Part shown: positions 51,101 through 64,000 of the stretch, piece by piece
Layout: every line of letters begins with the position of its first letter
How positions within the stretch are numbered: position 1 is the first letter of the stretch
From: Pecten maximus
Taxonomy: Eukaryota
Direction: 5' to 3'
Assembly (NCBI RefSeq): GCF_902652985.1
Contig: NC_047031.1
Coordinates: forward strand, 15,128,001-15,192,000
Length of the DNA stretch: 64,000 nt
The notes under the pieces: model-generated
What the model saw: the letters and a program-made list of their open reading frames with translations, nothing else
Told to the model about the DNA's origin: nothing
The model's database searches: none
Translations under genes and position numbers: made by a program

Positions 51101-52624
51101 TTCCTCCATCCGTAAACAATTCTTGTTATCGCCATTTCTCAAAGTACTGAAGGGATCTTCTAAAATTTCATAGGTTTCTCTTGGTTTCTAGTTGCATTTT
51201 GAGACCAATCGGAAAACAATATGGCCGACAGGCAGCCATCTTAGGTTTTGACAATTGAAGTTTGTTATTGCTATTTCTCAGAAAGCACTGAATTGATCTT
51301 TCTCAAATTTCATATGTAGGTTCCTCTTGGTGCTAACATTAGTTATGCATATTGCATTTTGAGACCAATCGGAAAACAATAAGGCCGATAGGCAGCCATC
51401 TTTGATTTTGTCAATTGAAGTTTGTTATCACTATTTCTCAGAATGTGTTGACGGGATCGTTTTCAAATTTCATAAGTAGGTTCCCCTCGGTGCCTAGTTA
51501 TGCATATTGCGTTTTGAGACTAATCGGAAAACAACATGGCCGACAGGCAGCCATCTTGGATTTGGACAATTGAAGTTTGTTATCGCAATTTCTCAAAAAG
51601 TGCTGAAGGGATCTTTCTAAAATTTGATATGTAGGTTTCCCTTGGTGGGTGGTTATGCATAATGCATTTTGAGACCAATCGGAAAACAATATGGCCGACA
51701 GGCAGCCATCTTAGGTTTTGACAATTGAAGTTTGTTATTGCTATTTCTCAGAAAGCACTGAATTGATCTTTCTCAAATTTCATATGTAGGTTCCTCTTGG
51801 TGCTTACATTAGTTATGCATATTGCATTTTGAGACCAATCGGAAAACAATATGGCCGACAGGCAGCCATCTTGGATTTGGACAATTGAAGTTTGTTATCA
51901 CTATTTCTCAGAAATTGCTGAAGGGATCTTTCTCAAATTTTATATGTAGGTTCCCCTCGGTGCCTAGTTATGGATATTGCATTTTGAGACTAATCGGAAA
52001 ACAACATGGCCGACAGGCAGCCATATTGTATTTTGACAATTGAAGTTTGTTATCGCTATTTTACAGAAGGCACTGAAGGGATAGAACAATCTGCCACAAA
52101 ATATCATTCAAAACCTTGACATAACATCATTCAAACCAGGGCTCGCACACACGATAAAATCCTAAAACAATCACACAAATGTTTTTAACCTGAGCTCTTC
52201 TCTTATCTAAAAGCTGGTAGCTAGATGGGGCGCTACATCAAATGTATAAATATTTTTTCAAATGCTAATGATAATGATAATTTGTGAAGCGCTTATAGGC
52301 ATGGGATCCTCAAAAGTTTGAAAAGAAAGGCCTCATTAATTTTACAGGTAATCTAGGACCTTCATATTACATCTACAACTACGTATACATTAACCCATTG
52401 AAGATGTCAAATAAGATTACCCGAGTACCTATTCTGAAAATTAGCTGCCAAGACGCACTTGCAATCAAAAGTAGATATGAATTTCTTTTCTTGCCAATAT
52501 TTTGTCCTAGTCCTAATCAGGTATTGGTGATGTTCCATACAAAGTTGACCATGTCCCCACTAAACAAAAGCAGTTAAAATAATTTGTTTTCGTTTGTGTC
52601 TTCAGTACTTTCAGTACTTTGATT
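48118..52624 (+). mobile_element. 4.5-kb Helentron-type element, copy 2
   Basis: Colinear and near-identical to 5188-9707, including the nested satellite; unrelated flanks; TT junctions. Confidence 0.88.
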
Positions 52625-53479
52625 ACAAATTACTTTTGATCTGTTAATATTACTATTGACATTTGTTTAGTCTACTAGGAATATTTGTTTTATTGTTAAT
52701 ACATGGTAATAATGTCTACATGTTAAATTTACATCTATTAAGATCCATTAAAGGACAGTTATAAAATGTATGCTATAATCAGGTTTCTATGAAAGTTTAT
52801 TGCTTATTATTTCATATTCTATTGAAATGTAATTAAGTTGTATTTCATTTTATTAAGGAATTGAAAATTATTTCAATATTTATTTCTGTACATATATCAT
52901 GACTTTAAAGGAAGTTCAGATATGTATCTATATCATGTTATTGATTATTAATATATATACCCATAATGAATGACAGTATTTGTTATAATTGCTACTATTA
53001 TTGGCCATGCATGACTGACTCTGGCCTGACATACCTGATAACTGTGCCAGGTGAGATTAGTTTTTGGTAATCTTGACCCACAGCTTAAATAACATACTAA
53101 TTTGTGTCTTCCTCGTCACGTGAAAGTGTCCGATTTCTGATAAAAAATAAAATATTTTCTAAACGTCTGAATTGAAATTAAAAACAACAATGTTTATATC
53201 AAAGAAAATATAGCATTCAACACATTAAATTTCACTTCACCAGAAAAAAGGAATATCATGGACGCTTTGGGTAATTTTCACCCACAGCTTCAATAACATG
53301 CTAATTTGTGTCTTCTCATCACTTGAAATTGTCCATTTTCTGAAATGAAATAAAATATTTTCTAAACGTCTGACCGATTTGAAATTAAGAACAACAATGT
53401 ATAAAATGTCAGAAAATATAATATTTAACAAATTAATTTTTTCTTCACTAGAAAAAAAGGAAGGGGAATATAATTTGCA

Positions 53480-54246
53480 TTAATGAAGATTCTGACCCCC
53501 ATGGGGCCAGAGAGGCGGGGTCAAATAGGGGGGGGGGGGGGTCAAATAGGGGAAATAGAGGTAATTTCTTTTGTATCGCTACCGTCCTTAAATGACCTTA
53601 GCTGTTAACAGGACGTTAAACCAAACCAAACCCCCAAGGGGCCAGAGGGGCGGGCCCAATCGAAGAAATTGAGGCAATTCTTTTAAATCACTACTAATCA
53701 TTTATTGATTTGAACCCAATTTGCCCAGAAACATCCTTGGGGGAAGGGGATAAGATTTTGCATTAATCTTGATTAGGATTCCCAAGGGGCTCAATGAGCG
53801 TGGCCCAACAGGGGAAATAGAGGTAATTTCTTTTAAATTCGCTACTTGTCATAACGTTGAGAATGGATTTGAACCAAATTTAGTCAGAAGCATCATTGGG
53901 AAAAGGGAACAGATTTTGCATTAATCGTTGCTGTTACCCTCCATCTCATAACCATGTATAGCATCGCTGGATGTTAAGTACAATGTAATAAACGAAATTC
54001 TGATGTATAAATAGGGCCAAGGGTCTATCTCCACCCTAAGGGACTTAGTTTATTTAAACACAATCATGTTGTAAAAACAATCCCTGAGGTCTTTTCTCAT
54101 ACATAAAAGAGTCTTGACTTTATTTCTTTAAAGGAGTTGGGATTCGAGATTGACAAATAAAGCTACGCATTAACGGATTGAAAATTATTTTGACAGTTGG
54201 TCAAATCCAACCATGTGAACAATACAGGTCCCATGGGCCTCTTGTT
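53480..54246 (+). repeat. Degenerate HINE related to 34693-37676
   Basis: Reverse-complement satellite units; end atacaggtcccatgggcctcttgtt. Confidence 0.65.
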
Positions 54247-54394
54247 TTCAACATCTCGTCTCTATCAAGACTTGTTTCTGTAGACATGTTCTTTGCATTG
54301 AACAGTTTTTGAATTTCGAGCTTAAAGATACTCAGTTTCTTGTTGTTGCCATTGACTTCTACCATAACCACCCCTCGCATATACCAATTTGAGC

Positions 54395-54894
54395 NNNNNN
54401 NNNNNNNNNNNNNNNNNNNNNNNNNNNNNNNNNNNNNNNNNNNNNNNNNNNNNNNNNNNNNNNNNNNNNNNNNNNNNNNNNNNNNNNNNNNNNNNNNNNN
54501 NNNNNNNNNNNNNNNNNNNNNNNNNNNNNNNNNNNNNNNNNNNNNNNNNNNNNNNNNNNNNNNNNNNNNNNNNNNNNNNNNNNNNNNNNNNNNNNNNNNN
54601 NNNNNNNNNNNNNNNNNNNNNNNNNNNNNNNNNNNNNNNNNNNNNNNNNNNNNNNNNNNNNNNNNNNNNNNNNNNNNNNNNNNNNNNNNNNNNNNNNNNN
54701 NNNNNNNNNNNNNNNNNNNNNNNNNNNNNNNNNNNNNNNNNNNNNNNNNNNNNNNNNNNNNNNNNNNNNNNNNNNNNNNNNNNNNNNNNNNNNNNNNNNN
54801 NNNNNNNNNNNNNNNNNNNNNNNNNNNNNNNNNNNNNNNNNNNNNNNNNNNNNNNNNNNNNNNNNNNNNNNNNNNNNNNNNNNNNNNNNNNNNN
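54395..54894. other. Assembly gap (500 N)
   Basis: Run of n. Confidence 1.
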
Positions 54895-55404
54895 GGCAAA
54901 TCCTACAAGGAGACTTGAATACGCCACAGTAACCATACGCGCAGGGCCGTCCTAGCTACTTAATAGGACGTTAAACAAAATAAACCAAACCAAACCTATT
55001 AAAGGGTTGAGTATGGAAGACGTTTGTCCTCGTGGTGAGTAGTATGAACGGAATGTCTTGTTCACTGCAGCACTAGCACTCACCACACGCATGCATGTCG
55101 CACGCACGGGAGGCCGTCCTTAAATGACCTTAGCTGTTAATAGGACGTTAAACAAAATAAACCAAACCAAACCTATTAAAGGGTTGAGTATGGAAGACGT
55201 TTGTCCTCGTGGTGAGTAGTATGAACGGAATGTCTTGTTCACTGCAGCACTAGCAGCATACATGTGTGCAAGCTCCGAGTAAGCTCAAACTGTACAAGCG
55301 TCTTTAACTAGTTATGGGTAACAAGTCTAACGTCGTTCATCGGCTCGGTGGTATGACAACTATTGCACTATCATCGTGTTTATTCAGTATGAGCTCTACG
55401 GCGG

Positions 55405-56173
55405 AAAAAATGCAAAATAACACTACTTTGGATTCCGATCCATGTCCGAATTAAAGGCAACGAACTTGTTGACCGCCAAGCAAAACCTGCTCTAAATCTG
55501 CAACAAACAAATATTAAAATACCATATACAGATTTCAAACCTGTAGTTAGTTCTGCCATTCACAGTAAATGGCAGCAACGCTGGTCTCTTGAGACGAGCA
55601 ACAAACTTTTTAAAGTACAACCAAAACTTAAAACATCAAAACCAAGTCGGAAGGATCGTAGAGAGGAAATAGTCCTCTCTCGGCTCCGTACAGGGCACAC
55701 ATATCCTACTCATTCGTTCCTTTTGAAACGAGAGGATCCACCGGTGTGTTATTCATGTGATGCTCAATTCATAGTGCAGCATTTTTTAATAGAATGTTCC
55801 GATTTCAAGCACATTCGTGATAAATACTTTCGAGTCCCGGATATGAAAACCCTTTTCAGTTCCGTGGATTCGAAAACAATATTTAGCTACTTGAAAGAAA
55901 TCGATCTATTTTATAGACTTTGATGTCTTTTACGTTACTGTCTTTGACGTTCTATTTATATAACAAAGTTCACATAATCTATTCGTACATATACATATTT
56001 TACCATTTTTAACCAACTTTTTTTATCATAATGATCTAAATATGCAATACGGATGGTTTTAAAAATGACAAATTTTATCTGATTTTAACTTACAAAATAA
56101 AAAATGTTCGTATATTGTTTTGCCCTAAATGACCCTAGTTGTCGATGGGCCGTAAAACATAAACAAACAAAAA
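55405..56173 (+). mobile_element. 5'-truncated I-group (Nimb-like) LINE
   Basis: RNase H tail WIPIHVRIKGNELVD, RLRTGHT, C-x2-C...H..IEC knuckle, (aaac)n tail, 13-bp TSD agctctacggcgg. Confidence 0.88.
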
Positions 56174-56310
56174 AGCTCTACGGCGGTTTTCAGTCTGATT
56201 ATCAAATACTCGTCGTTTGTCCTAGTAAATCCTATATATATAGCGCGATAGAAACAGTTTCCATCGGCACCGATTTTGGCTGGAACGTGTTCCTCTACTG
56301 TTAATGATGG
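56174..56310 (-). pseudogene. OTU/vertnin-like domain fragment interrupted by the LINE
   Basis: PAKIGADGNCFYRAI...IRLKTAVEL. Confidence 0.6.
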
Positions 56311-56387
56311 ACTATCTGTCTCGCAGGCTACATTGTCTGATCTGATGGGAATCTTGATGTGAGTGCAGATAAGGAGAGATGCGTTGT

Positions 56388-59300
56388 CTGCCCTGCAGGT
56401 AAGGTGTATGAATTGTACCAACTGCCCCCATTGCATGATCGAAAGAGGCCCTGACAATTTAGCCTTTAATGGAGAGGTCGCCCCTGTGAGGAAGACGTTG
56501 GATTATGTGTCCAGGCCGCGACATACCAGAGTCTTAAAAACTTATAGTTGCTACTGAGTGTCTTCGACAGTTGCCTCAGTGAGGTAGCACTATAAATCGG
56601 CAACAGTTCCAGCCTATTACAAAAAGCCTGAGACAAAACACACATACGGACTCACCACACGCATGCATATCGCACGCATGGGAGGCCGTCCCTAAATGAC
56701 CTTAGCTGTTAATAGGACGTTAAACAATGAAAGACTTATCTTTTTGCTGCGTTTCTCTTATTTAATCTACTTTAATATTGCCAAATTATGTCAAATTATT
56801 AAATGTAAGTCTAATTACATCAATAATAAACATATATTGTCAAAATTCAAGATGACTGCCTGTCGCCATCTTGTTTTTTGACCAGCTAAAGTACAATATG
56901 CACAACTAGGGACAGACCGTCTTACCGCGACGTTGATACCTTCTCTATCGTCAAAATAACCTACAGACCGCCTAACCCCGATGTTGATGCCTTATCTATC
57001 CAAAAGTACCATTGGACCAAGGGGAAACTTCGTGTGAAACTTCCCTTCAGTACTTTCTGAGAACGACGAAAGGCGATTTGAATAGCCAACCATCAAAAAG
57101 GAACAGATATTATGAGATGCAGACATGTTGGAAATAAATTTGCCCAATAGAAAAGTGCTTAAAATGGAAACAAAACATTTATGTAATGTAGTGAAATTTG
57201 TAGGAAAATGATATTGCCAGACTGGACAATTTTTTTATAACCCGGCCTAGGAATCTTTGAATTCTGTTCACAGCATGCAGTTAACATATATACATGTATC
57301 TATCCATCTGTAGGCTGTAGTTCTTGCAATTGGCAGACTGCATTTGTTAAATTCTGAACAGAACTTGATTGTCCCGGTTTCATGTCTTCAAATCCGGCAT
57401 TGATGTTGCCCGAAATATATGGCTGTGTTTCCTTGATGAAAGATGATCATTTTTCGTATTTGATTTGGAACTCTTGAATATTTATGAAGATGTCTCCCAA
57501 AACACACACACATACGCACGAACGCATACATGTCGCACGCACGGGAGGCCGTCCTTAAATGACCTTAGCTGTTAATAGGACGTTAAACAAAATAAACCGA
57601 ACCGAATCAAACCGGTCTGGGTTGGTCATCATATTTTCCAATTTGTTTGAATCTGTGAATTGTTTCACGGCATTATGGAAAATTGTTTTTAAGTCGTTTG
57701 TAGAGCGGGTTTCTTTGTAGTTGAACGACATGGTTCCCTTCATTGTCGATTGAAGACTACCAATTCTCATTTTTTGTTGCATTTCGCACATTCCGCTGTT
57801 ATATCTTTACGATGACGGAGAGGCAGGTTAGCGATATGCAGTGAAGTTCTGTTTTTAATTCAATAGCAAGTAGTTCTACTGTTTCTGTTGTAATTAGATG
57901 ATTTTGTACTTCGTTAGCTGGTTTAACTTCTGTACGAGAGGATGATTTTAACACTAGTTTAGTGTTTGCATGATCGTAAGAGGCGACTAAATTTGGGATC
58001 TGATCTTTTCTCTTTCTTTACTTTCTTCTTCCTAATGTCTCCCTTGACAATGCCTCACTTTTGGCCTTTAGTTTAGCGTTCGTCCCTGTGAGGAAGGCTT
58101 TGGGTTATTTCCCCTGGCCGAAACATACCAGAGTCTTTAAAAATGGTAGTTGCTACTCCTGCTTAAAGCTCAGCATATTTGGAGTGGGACGACTGGTTCG
58201 CCCGTTGTCAGTATAATGTGACCGGGAGGGGTGTGCTGCTGAGTGTCTTCGGCAGTATGCTTCAGTGAGGTAGCACTATAAATCGGCAAAAGTTCCGGCC
58301 TATCACATGGAGACTTAACACCAACTTGTCGCATAGACGTTTCACTTTTTCTTTGATCTAGCCATGGTATAACCACCATGGTATAACTCACACTCGAGGG
58401 GCGGGGCTCAACTCTCGAACGCTTCGCGTACTCGGATCGAACCCGCCCCTCTCGTGTGACAACTGACTTATCCGCTCGAGCCTATGATATAACCATTTCA
58501 TACCACAGCCTCCAAAACACACATACGCACTCACCACACGCACGGGAGGCCGTCCTTAAATGATCTTAGCTGTTAATAGGACGTTAAACAAATAAAACCA
58601 AACCAAGTGCTGTAGTTATTGCAAACACTTATACACAATTTCTTGAGAAATGGTGTAGAAAAAATCAGTTTGCAGGAAGTATATATACATTCCAAAAAAA
58701 CTTCGTATATATATTTCCGGTCATATACATGTGACAAGCATAATATTGCTTCTTTACACTATGCAGCTTATCACAGACCAAAACTATTGCCAATTAACAC
58801 TGACACAGTGGTAAAATCACATAAAACTATTGCCATAAACACTATTATACAGTGTTAAAATCATAAAACTGTTGCCATAATTACTGTTAAACAGTCGCAA
58901 TCATATTTAACAAACACTAGCTTAAAAATGAATCTTAGACTCCAGAAATTTTTGGACCAACATTTCAATGAAACATCTTGAGAAAAGTTTATATGTTTAG
59001 ACACGTACACCAACTAAATGTGTTTAATATATAGTCACTGAGGGTGATGAGAGGTCTCTTAAGGAAAGTTCCTGGTTGTATGAATCACAAGCTGACTTTG
59101 CAGATTTAAGCACTACAGGGGATGGCTTGTATGTGTAACAAGTAACATCACAGTTCAGACGACAATTAAGGAGGGCACAGTGTTGACTGGTCCAATAGTG
59201 AGTGATGATCTGTTTGGTTTTTCCTCAACAATGAAAAAAAATGTCACTATGGGTAACAGCTGTTTTCAGGTTTCCTACACCTCCCCAGATTCTGTCGAGG

Positions 59301-60640
59301 CGTGTCTTCCCAACTTCCCATTTTCCTTCATCACTGCAGAGTTTGAATTCCCTGAATTCCTCATCAGGGGTATCCAACTGGTCAGGGGAGATAAAGCTTT
59401 GTCATCGCTGACTCATCTCGGAAACAACTGATGGGTTGAAGTTGTCACTCTTTGTAGGAATCAGGAATTCACAACGGGGTCATGGAAGGGAAACTTCCTC
59501 ACCATCTTGTCAACAGCAACCATGTAAAATCTTCTAACAGTGTGGTGAAATCTTGATGCTGCTGATGGTTCACCATCATCCTCGTGCTGCTGATGGTTCA
59601 CCATCATCCTCGTGCTAAGGTATGCTCTTGTGGCGATGCCTATGGTTAGGAAAGAATCATCTAGATGTACATCAGGGTCCTTGAAAGGAGTCTGTGTGAT
59701 ATCCTTCGTCTCTTTAATTATTTTGGCCTGGACAAAGTTTCCTCAGAAGGAGTCGGATTTTTTTGTCCTATGTAAGGCAAGCAAGTCTCGTCAGCCTGAA
59801 ACATTGTGTTGAACTCCATCAGGAAGAGAAGGATGAAGCGTGGAAAGTGAAAGTACATGAGTATCTCAAGGTTGGCGAAGAGGTCTGCACATCTTTTTGC
59901 TCGTCCAGGCTTATCAAGATCTTTTTGGGCGACAAAGTAAGATTACCTGCTGCCCCCATTGCATGATCGTAAGAGGCGACTTAATTTGTGATCTTATCTT
60001 TTCTCGTCTTTCTGAACAACTTTCTTCTTGGTAATGTCTCCCTTGACAATGCCTCACTTTTGGCCTTTAGTTGAGCGTTCGCCCCTGTGAGGAAGGCTTT
60101 GGGTTCTGTCCCCTAGGCGAGACATACCAGAGTCCCTAAAAATGGTAGTTGCTACTCCTGCTAAGCGCTCAGCATATTTCGAGTGGGACGACTGGTTCGC
60201 CCGTTGTCAGTATAATGTGACCGGATGGGATGTGCTGCTGGGTGTCCTCGGCAGTATGCTTCAGTGAGGTAGCACTATAAATCGGCAAAAGTTCCGGCCT
60301 ATCATAAGGAGACTTAACACGAACATACCGCAGCCTCCCAAAACACACATACGCACTCACCGCACGCACGGGAGGCCGTCCTTAAATGACCTTAGCTGTT
60401 AATAGGACGTTAAACAAAATAAACCAAACCAAATCTTCGGCATTATGCTTCAGTGGGGTAGCACTTTAAATCGGCAAAAAGTTCCGGCCTATCACAAGGA
60501 TACTTAACACCAACATACCACAGCCTCCTAAAACACACATACGCACTCCCCACACGCATACATGTCGCACGTACGGGAGGCCGTCCTTAAATGACATTAG
60601 CTGTTAATAGGACGTTAAATAAATTAAAACAAACCAAACC
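56388..60640 (+). repeat. Cluster of partial/complete SINE copies (about 56388, 57495, 57967, 58500, 59944, 60434)
   Basis: Same family as 62656-63179. Confidence 0.8.
59066..59940 (-). pseudogene. Degenerate hAT-like transposase C-terminal half
   Basis: EFNTMFQADE, DQLDTPDEEFREF...RLDRIWG, LLNCRLNCDVTCYTYKPSPVVLKSAKSA; many frameshifts. Confidence 0.55.
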
Positions 60641-60964
60641 ACAAGCATGCCAAATTTATGGGAGTCCATCCTTAACTAATCTGAGCTGTTGATAGGACAT
60701 TAAACAATAAACAAAAATTAGTTAGTTAAAATGCTTAACGGCCCATCAACACTTAACCAAATAGGGCCAAAACCAAGTGATTAAAAATACGGGCAGAAAG
60801 AGCAAGAGACAAAATGACATCAATCAATGAGACATGTAAAAATGTAGATATATATTGGTACACTCACGATAAGTATAAAATCAAAAAGTGGCTATGGTTA
60901 GTCAAATCTTGTGATAAAGACCAATAACTTTCAGATAGTTCAAAATGTTGTATATACTAACAGA

Positions 60965-61230
60965 GTCTTTAGACTTGCCGTGCTGTTGTAAAAACTCTCT
61001 CTGTCAATGGTAATATGTAGTGCTAGAGCAGCAACCCACCTTGTGCCACCCAACATACTTTACTTAGCACGTGAGTAAGATGATAGTTATCTGTGACCAC
61101 TTAAAATGTGTTACCATACAGGTAGTCGTAGAATTTATCAGTCCCGCCCATTTCAGTGCAAAGAATTCAAGCTTATGAGCTTGATAGTTGTGCTCACTTG
61201 GTCTTGGTCTCGCGTAAGGTAACAGTAACA
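60965..61230 (-). pseudogene. Gypsy RNase H remnant
   Basis: SEHNYQAHKLEFFALKWA then, in a shifted frame, DKFYDYLYGNTF. Confidence 0.7.
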
Positions 61231-61413
61231 TACCGAATCCAGTACCGCAATTATCGATATGTATAACAAGAATTCCACGGAAGTGAATGCGTCGCCTGTG
61301 CAGCAAGCTAGGAGATGAATTTAAAAAAATGTATGTTCATTGTATCTATTCAAAGTGTAATTTGTATGATTTGCCGGACGGATTTCCATGCAGTAAATGA
61401 ACTCACGAATGAT

Positions 61414-61609
61414 TTGGTTTGTTTGTGTTTGTTTAACGTCCTATTAACAGCCAGGGTCATTTAAGGACGTGCCAGGTTTTGGTGGTGGAGGAAAGCCGGA
61501 GTACCCGGAGAAAAAACACCGGTCTACGGTCAGTACCTGGCAACTGCCACACGTAGGTTTCGAACTCGCAACCCAGAGGTGGAGGGCTAGTGATAAAGTG
61601 TCGGGACAC
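61414..61609 (-). mobile_element. tRNA-derived SINE with V-domain-like body
   Basis: B box gagttcgaaacc (minus strand), ggaggaaagccggagtacccggag, shared tail, 12-bp TSD ctcacgaatgat. Confidence 0.75.
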
Positions 61610-61701
61610 CTCACGAATGATACAATGCATTCCTCTTTATATCATGTTGCATTTCCTACACAGAAACATGATATTAACAGGTATGTGACATTAGGATAAA
61701 C

Positions 61702-62331
61702 TGCCAAGGAAAACATGCTTTAAAACTGCAACAAACAAATATCAAAATACCCTATACAGATTTCAAATCTATAATTAGTTCTGCCATCCACAGTAAATGA
61801 CAGCAACGCTGGTCTCTCGAGACGAGCAACAAACTTTTTAAAGTACAACCGAAACTTAAAACATCAACACCAAGTCGGAAGGATCGTAGAGAGGAAATCG
61901 GATCCACCGGTGTGTTACGCATGCGATGCTCAATTCACAGTGGAGCATTTTTTTTAATAGAATGTTCCGATTTCAAGCACATTCGCGATAAATACTTTCG
62001 AGTCCCGGATATGAGAACCCTTTTCAGTTCCGTGGATTCGAAAACAATATTTAGCTACTTGAAAGAAATCGATCTATTTTATAGACTTTGATGTCTTTTA
62101 CGTTACTCTCCTTGACGTTCTATCTATATCACAAAGTTGACATAATCTATTCGTACATATATATATTTTACCATTTTTAACCAACTTTTTTATCAGAATG
62201 ATCTAAATATACAGTTTAATGCTTTTAAATTTTATCTGATTTTAACGTTAAAAATAGGAAAAACGATAGTATATTGTTTGGCCCTAAATGACCCTAGTTG
62301 TCGATGGGCCGTAAAACATAAACAAACAAAA
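61702..62331 (+). mobile_element. Second 5'-truncated copy of the I-group LINE
   Basis: Colinear with 55475-56173 with an internal deletion; 14-bp TSD acattaggataaac. Confidence 0.88.
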
Positions 62332-62655
62332 ACATTAGGATAAACACGTTTTCTTCTTCTAAATCTAGTGCATCCCCATCTCTATAACTAAATGCAATCT
62401 ATTCAATCTACATATATGAAGATTTTTCATTCTCCGCAAATCAAAACAAACAAGTTTTATGTAAATTTAAGTGGTTTTCGTAAATAAACCAGCTAGCGCT
62501 TTATGATGTTTTAGGTTGAAACTCAAATTAGCGCACAGAAACAATTGTGCGGACGACGCCGACATATAGTAATACCTATATGTCGCCTTTTTCAGGCGAC
62601 GTAAAAACGGGTTTGGTATAGTCAGTATAAGCATGCACCGGGAGTCTTATTAACT

Positions 62656-63179
62656 CTGCCCTGCAGGTAGGGCGTAAGAATTGTACCTGTTGCCCCCATT
62701 GCATGATCGTAAGAGGCGACTAAATTTGGGATCTTATCTTTTCTCTTTCTTAACTTTCTTCTTCCTAACGTCTCCCTTGACAATGCCTCACTTTTGGCCT
62801 TTAGTTGAGCGTTCGCCCCCGTGAGGAAGGCTTTGGGTTCTGTCCCCTGGCCGAGACATACCAAAGTCTTTAAAAATGGTAGTTGCTGCTCCTGCTTAGC
62901 GCTCAGCATACACGGAGTGGGACGACTGGTTCACCCGTTGTCAGTATAATGTGACCGGGTGGGGTGTGCTGCTGGATGTCTTCGGCAGTATGCTTCAGTG
63001 AGGTAGCACTATAAATCGGCAAAAGTTCCGGCCTATCACAAGGAGACTTAACACGAACATACCGCCTCCAACACACATACGCACTCACCACAAACATGCA
63101 TATCGCACGCACGGGAGGCCGTCCTTAAATGACCTTAGCTGTTAATAGGACGTTAAACAAAATAAACCAAACCAAACCA
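62656..63179 (+). mobile_element. Full-length SINE with Meta-domain-like core
   Basis: 13-bp TSD agtcttattaact; core gcgctcagcat...tgtcagtataatgtgaccggg; (aaacc)n tail. Confidence 0.8.
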
Positions 63180-63514
63180 AGTCTTATTAACTTATCTCGC
63201 CCTACAAGTAGGGCATAAGAAGTGTACCTGCTGCCCCTAGTGCGGAAGCACTATAAATCGGCAAAAGTTCTGGACTATCAAAAGGAGGTTTATCAAGAAC
63301 ATACCGCCTCCAACACACAAATATCGCACGCACGGAAGGCCGTCATTAAATGACCTCAGCTGATGAAAGGATGTTAACAACTAAAACCAAACCAAACATC
63401 CGCTTAACTCTTGCAAGCAATTGATGCAGCTCCAGTTCTAGGTTCGTTGTTTCATTTGATTCGGTGTCTGAAGCTGGAGTATTTGGTGGTACTCTTTGGA
63501 TATTGGTATGTGTT

Positions 63515-63841
63515 TCATCCTCTGTGCTGCTGGTATCTACAGTACAAATCGGTTAAAGTACTGTGCTTATTACCATATGGCATGTTAAGGTAATGATAAA
63601 ACTTTTTTGGGGTTTTCCATTTCCACCCCCTAGAAAAGTGGTCCACAACATTTTTGTAGTCACGTTTTATGCTTTTCCACTTATTGCCACATTGTTGCCC
63701 TGTCACCGTGTATCCTTTTTTTTCCATTTCACCTGCAATATCTTTCCAGACAGCTTGATGTGTCTTACAGATCTGAAATTTAATGTCCTTTTCAATTCTG
63801 AGGGACACCATCATCTCCGCCTCTTTTCCATCCCAATGCAA
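63515..63841 (-). pseudogene. Myb/SANT-like (trihelix) fragment
   Basis: HWDGKE..MMVSLR...VWKDIAGEMEKKGYTVTGQQCGNKWKSIKRDY. Confidence 0.7.
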
Positions 63842-64000
63842 TGTGTTTCCTGTTGGTAAAATATAGTCATTTTTGTTAAAATCAACGAGGAAGTTATTTG
63901 GAGCATGTACATACAGATGCCTACCAATAAGAAGACTGATGGACTAGTCACCTGATATTCAACTTGCACCAGTAACTTTCTAGAAATTGACAAATATTCA

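Noticed and set aside
5188-52624. The 4.5-kb direct repeats as LTRs of one giant element
   Set aside because: No TG..CA ends, PBS or shared TSD; copy 1 sits inside pPolB with both halves of the gene flanking it.
54201-55260. ORFs spanning Ns and the short duplication right after the gap
   Set aside because: Gap artefacts; the duplication at the contig edge may be misassembly.
57100-57960. Possible decayed LINE ORF2 on the minus strand
   Set aside because: Too degenerate to recognise catalytic motifs by eye.
58170-63112. Recurring ORFs containing PELLPIYSATSLKHTAED
   Set aside because: Antisense translations of SINE copies, not a protein family.

Overview
AT-rich animal genomic DNA made almost entirely of nested mobile elements, with no intact host housekeeping gene recognised. 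The satellite-bearing HINE/MITEs and SINEs suggest a bivalve mollusc (inference). There is one 500-N gap at 54395-54894. The main object is a Polinton/adintovirus-like segment at about 4.4-15.2 kb on the minus strand, ending in an AGTAGTA terminus at 15203. Its protein-primed family-B polymerase (pPolB) is split by a 4.5-kb Helentron-type insertion, which has a second near-identical copy at 48.1-52.6 kb; the missing 79-aa C-terminus lies at 4948-5187. Three small upstream exons can splice in phase either to the pPolB exon or to an orphan exon just past the pPolB stop. To the left is a 2218-bp-period repeat carrying a complete 3-exon PC4-like gene and an ORF sharing a motif with that orphan exon. 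A second pPolB relic, split by a young internally deleted Gypsy element, lies next to a double-PC4 gene. No capsid, integrase, ATPase or protease gene is visible. The window also holds a complete ISL2EU-type transposon (THAP-DDE plus PHD-SWIM-YqaJ, about 470-bp TIRs), an intron-containing MULE derivative, CACTA, hAT, Gypsy and Myb/SANT relics, I-group LINE 3' ends, and SINEs sharing the LINE tail. All family assignments are by-eye motif recognition; no searches were run.
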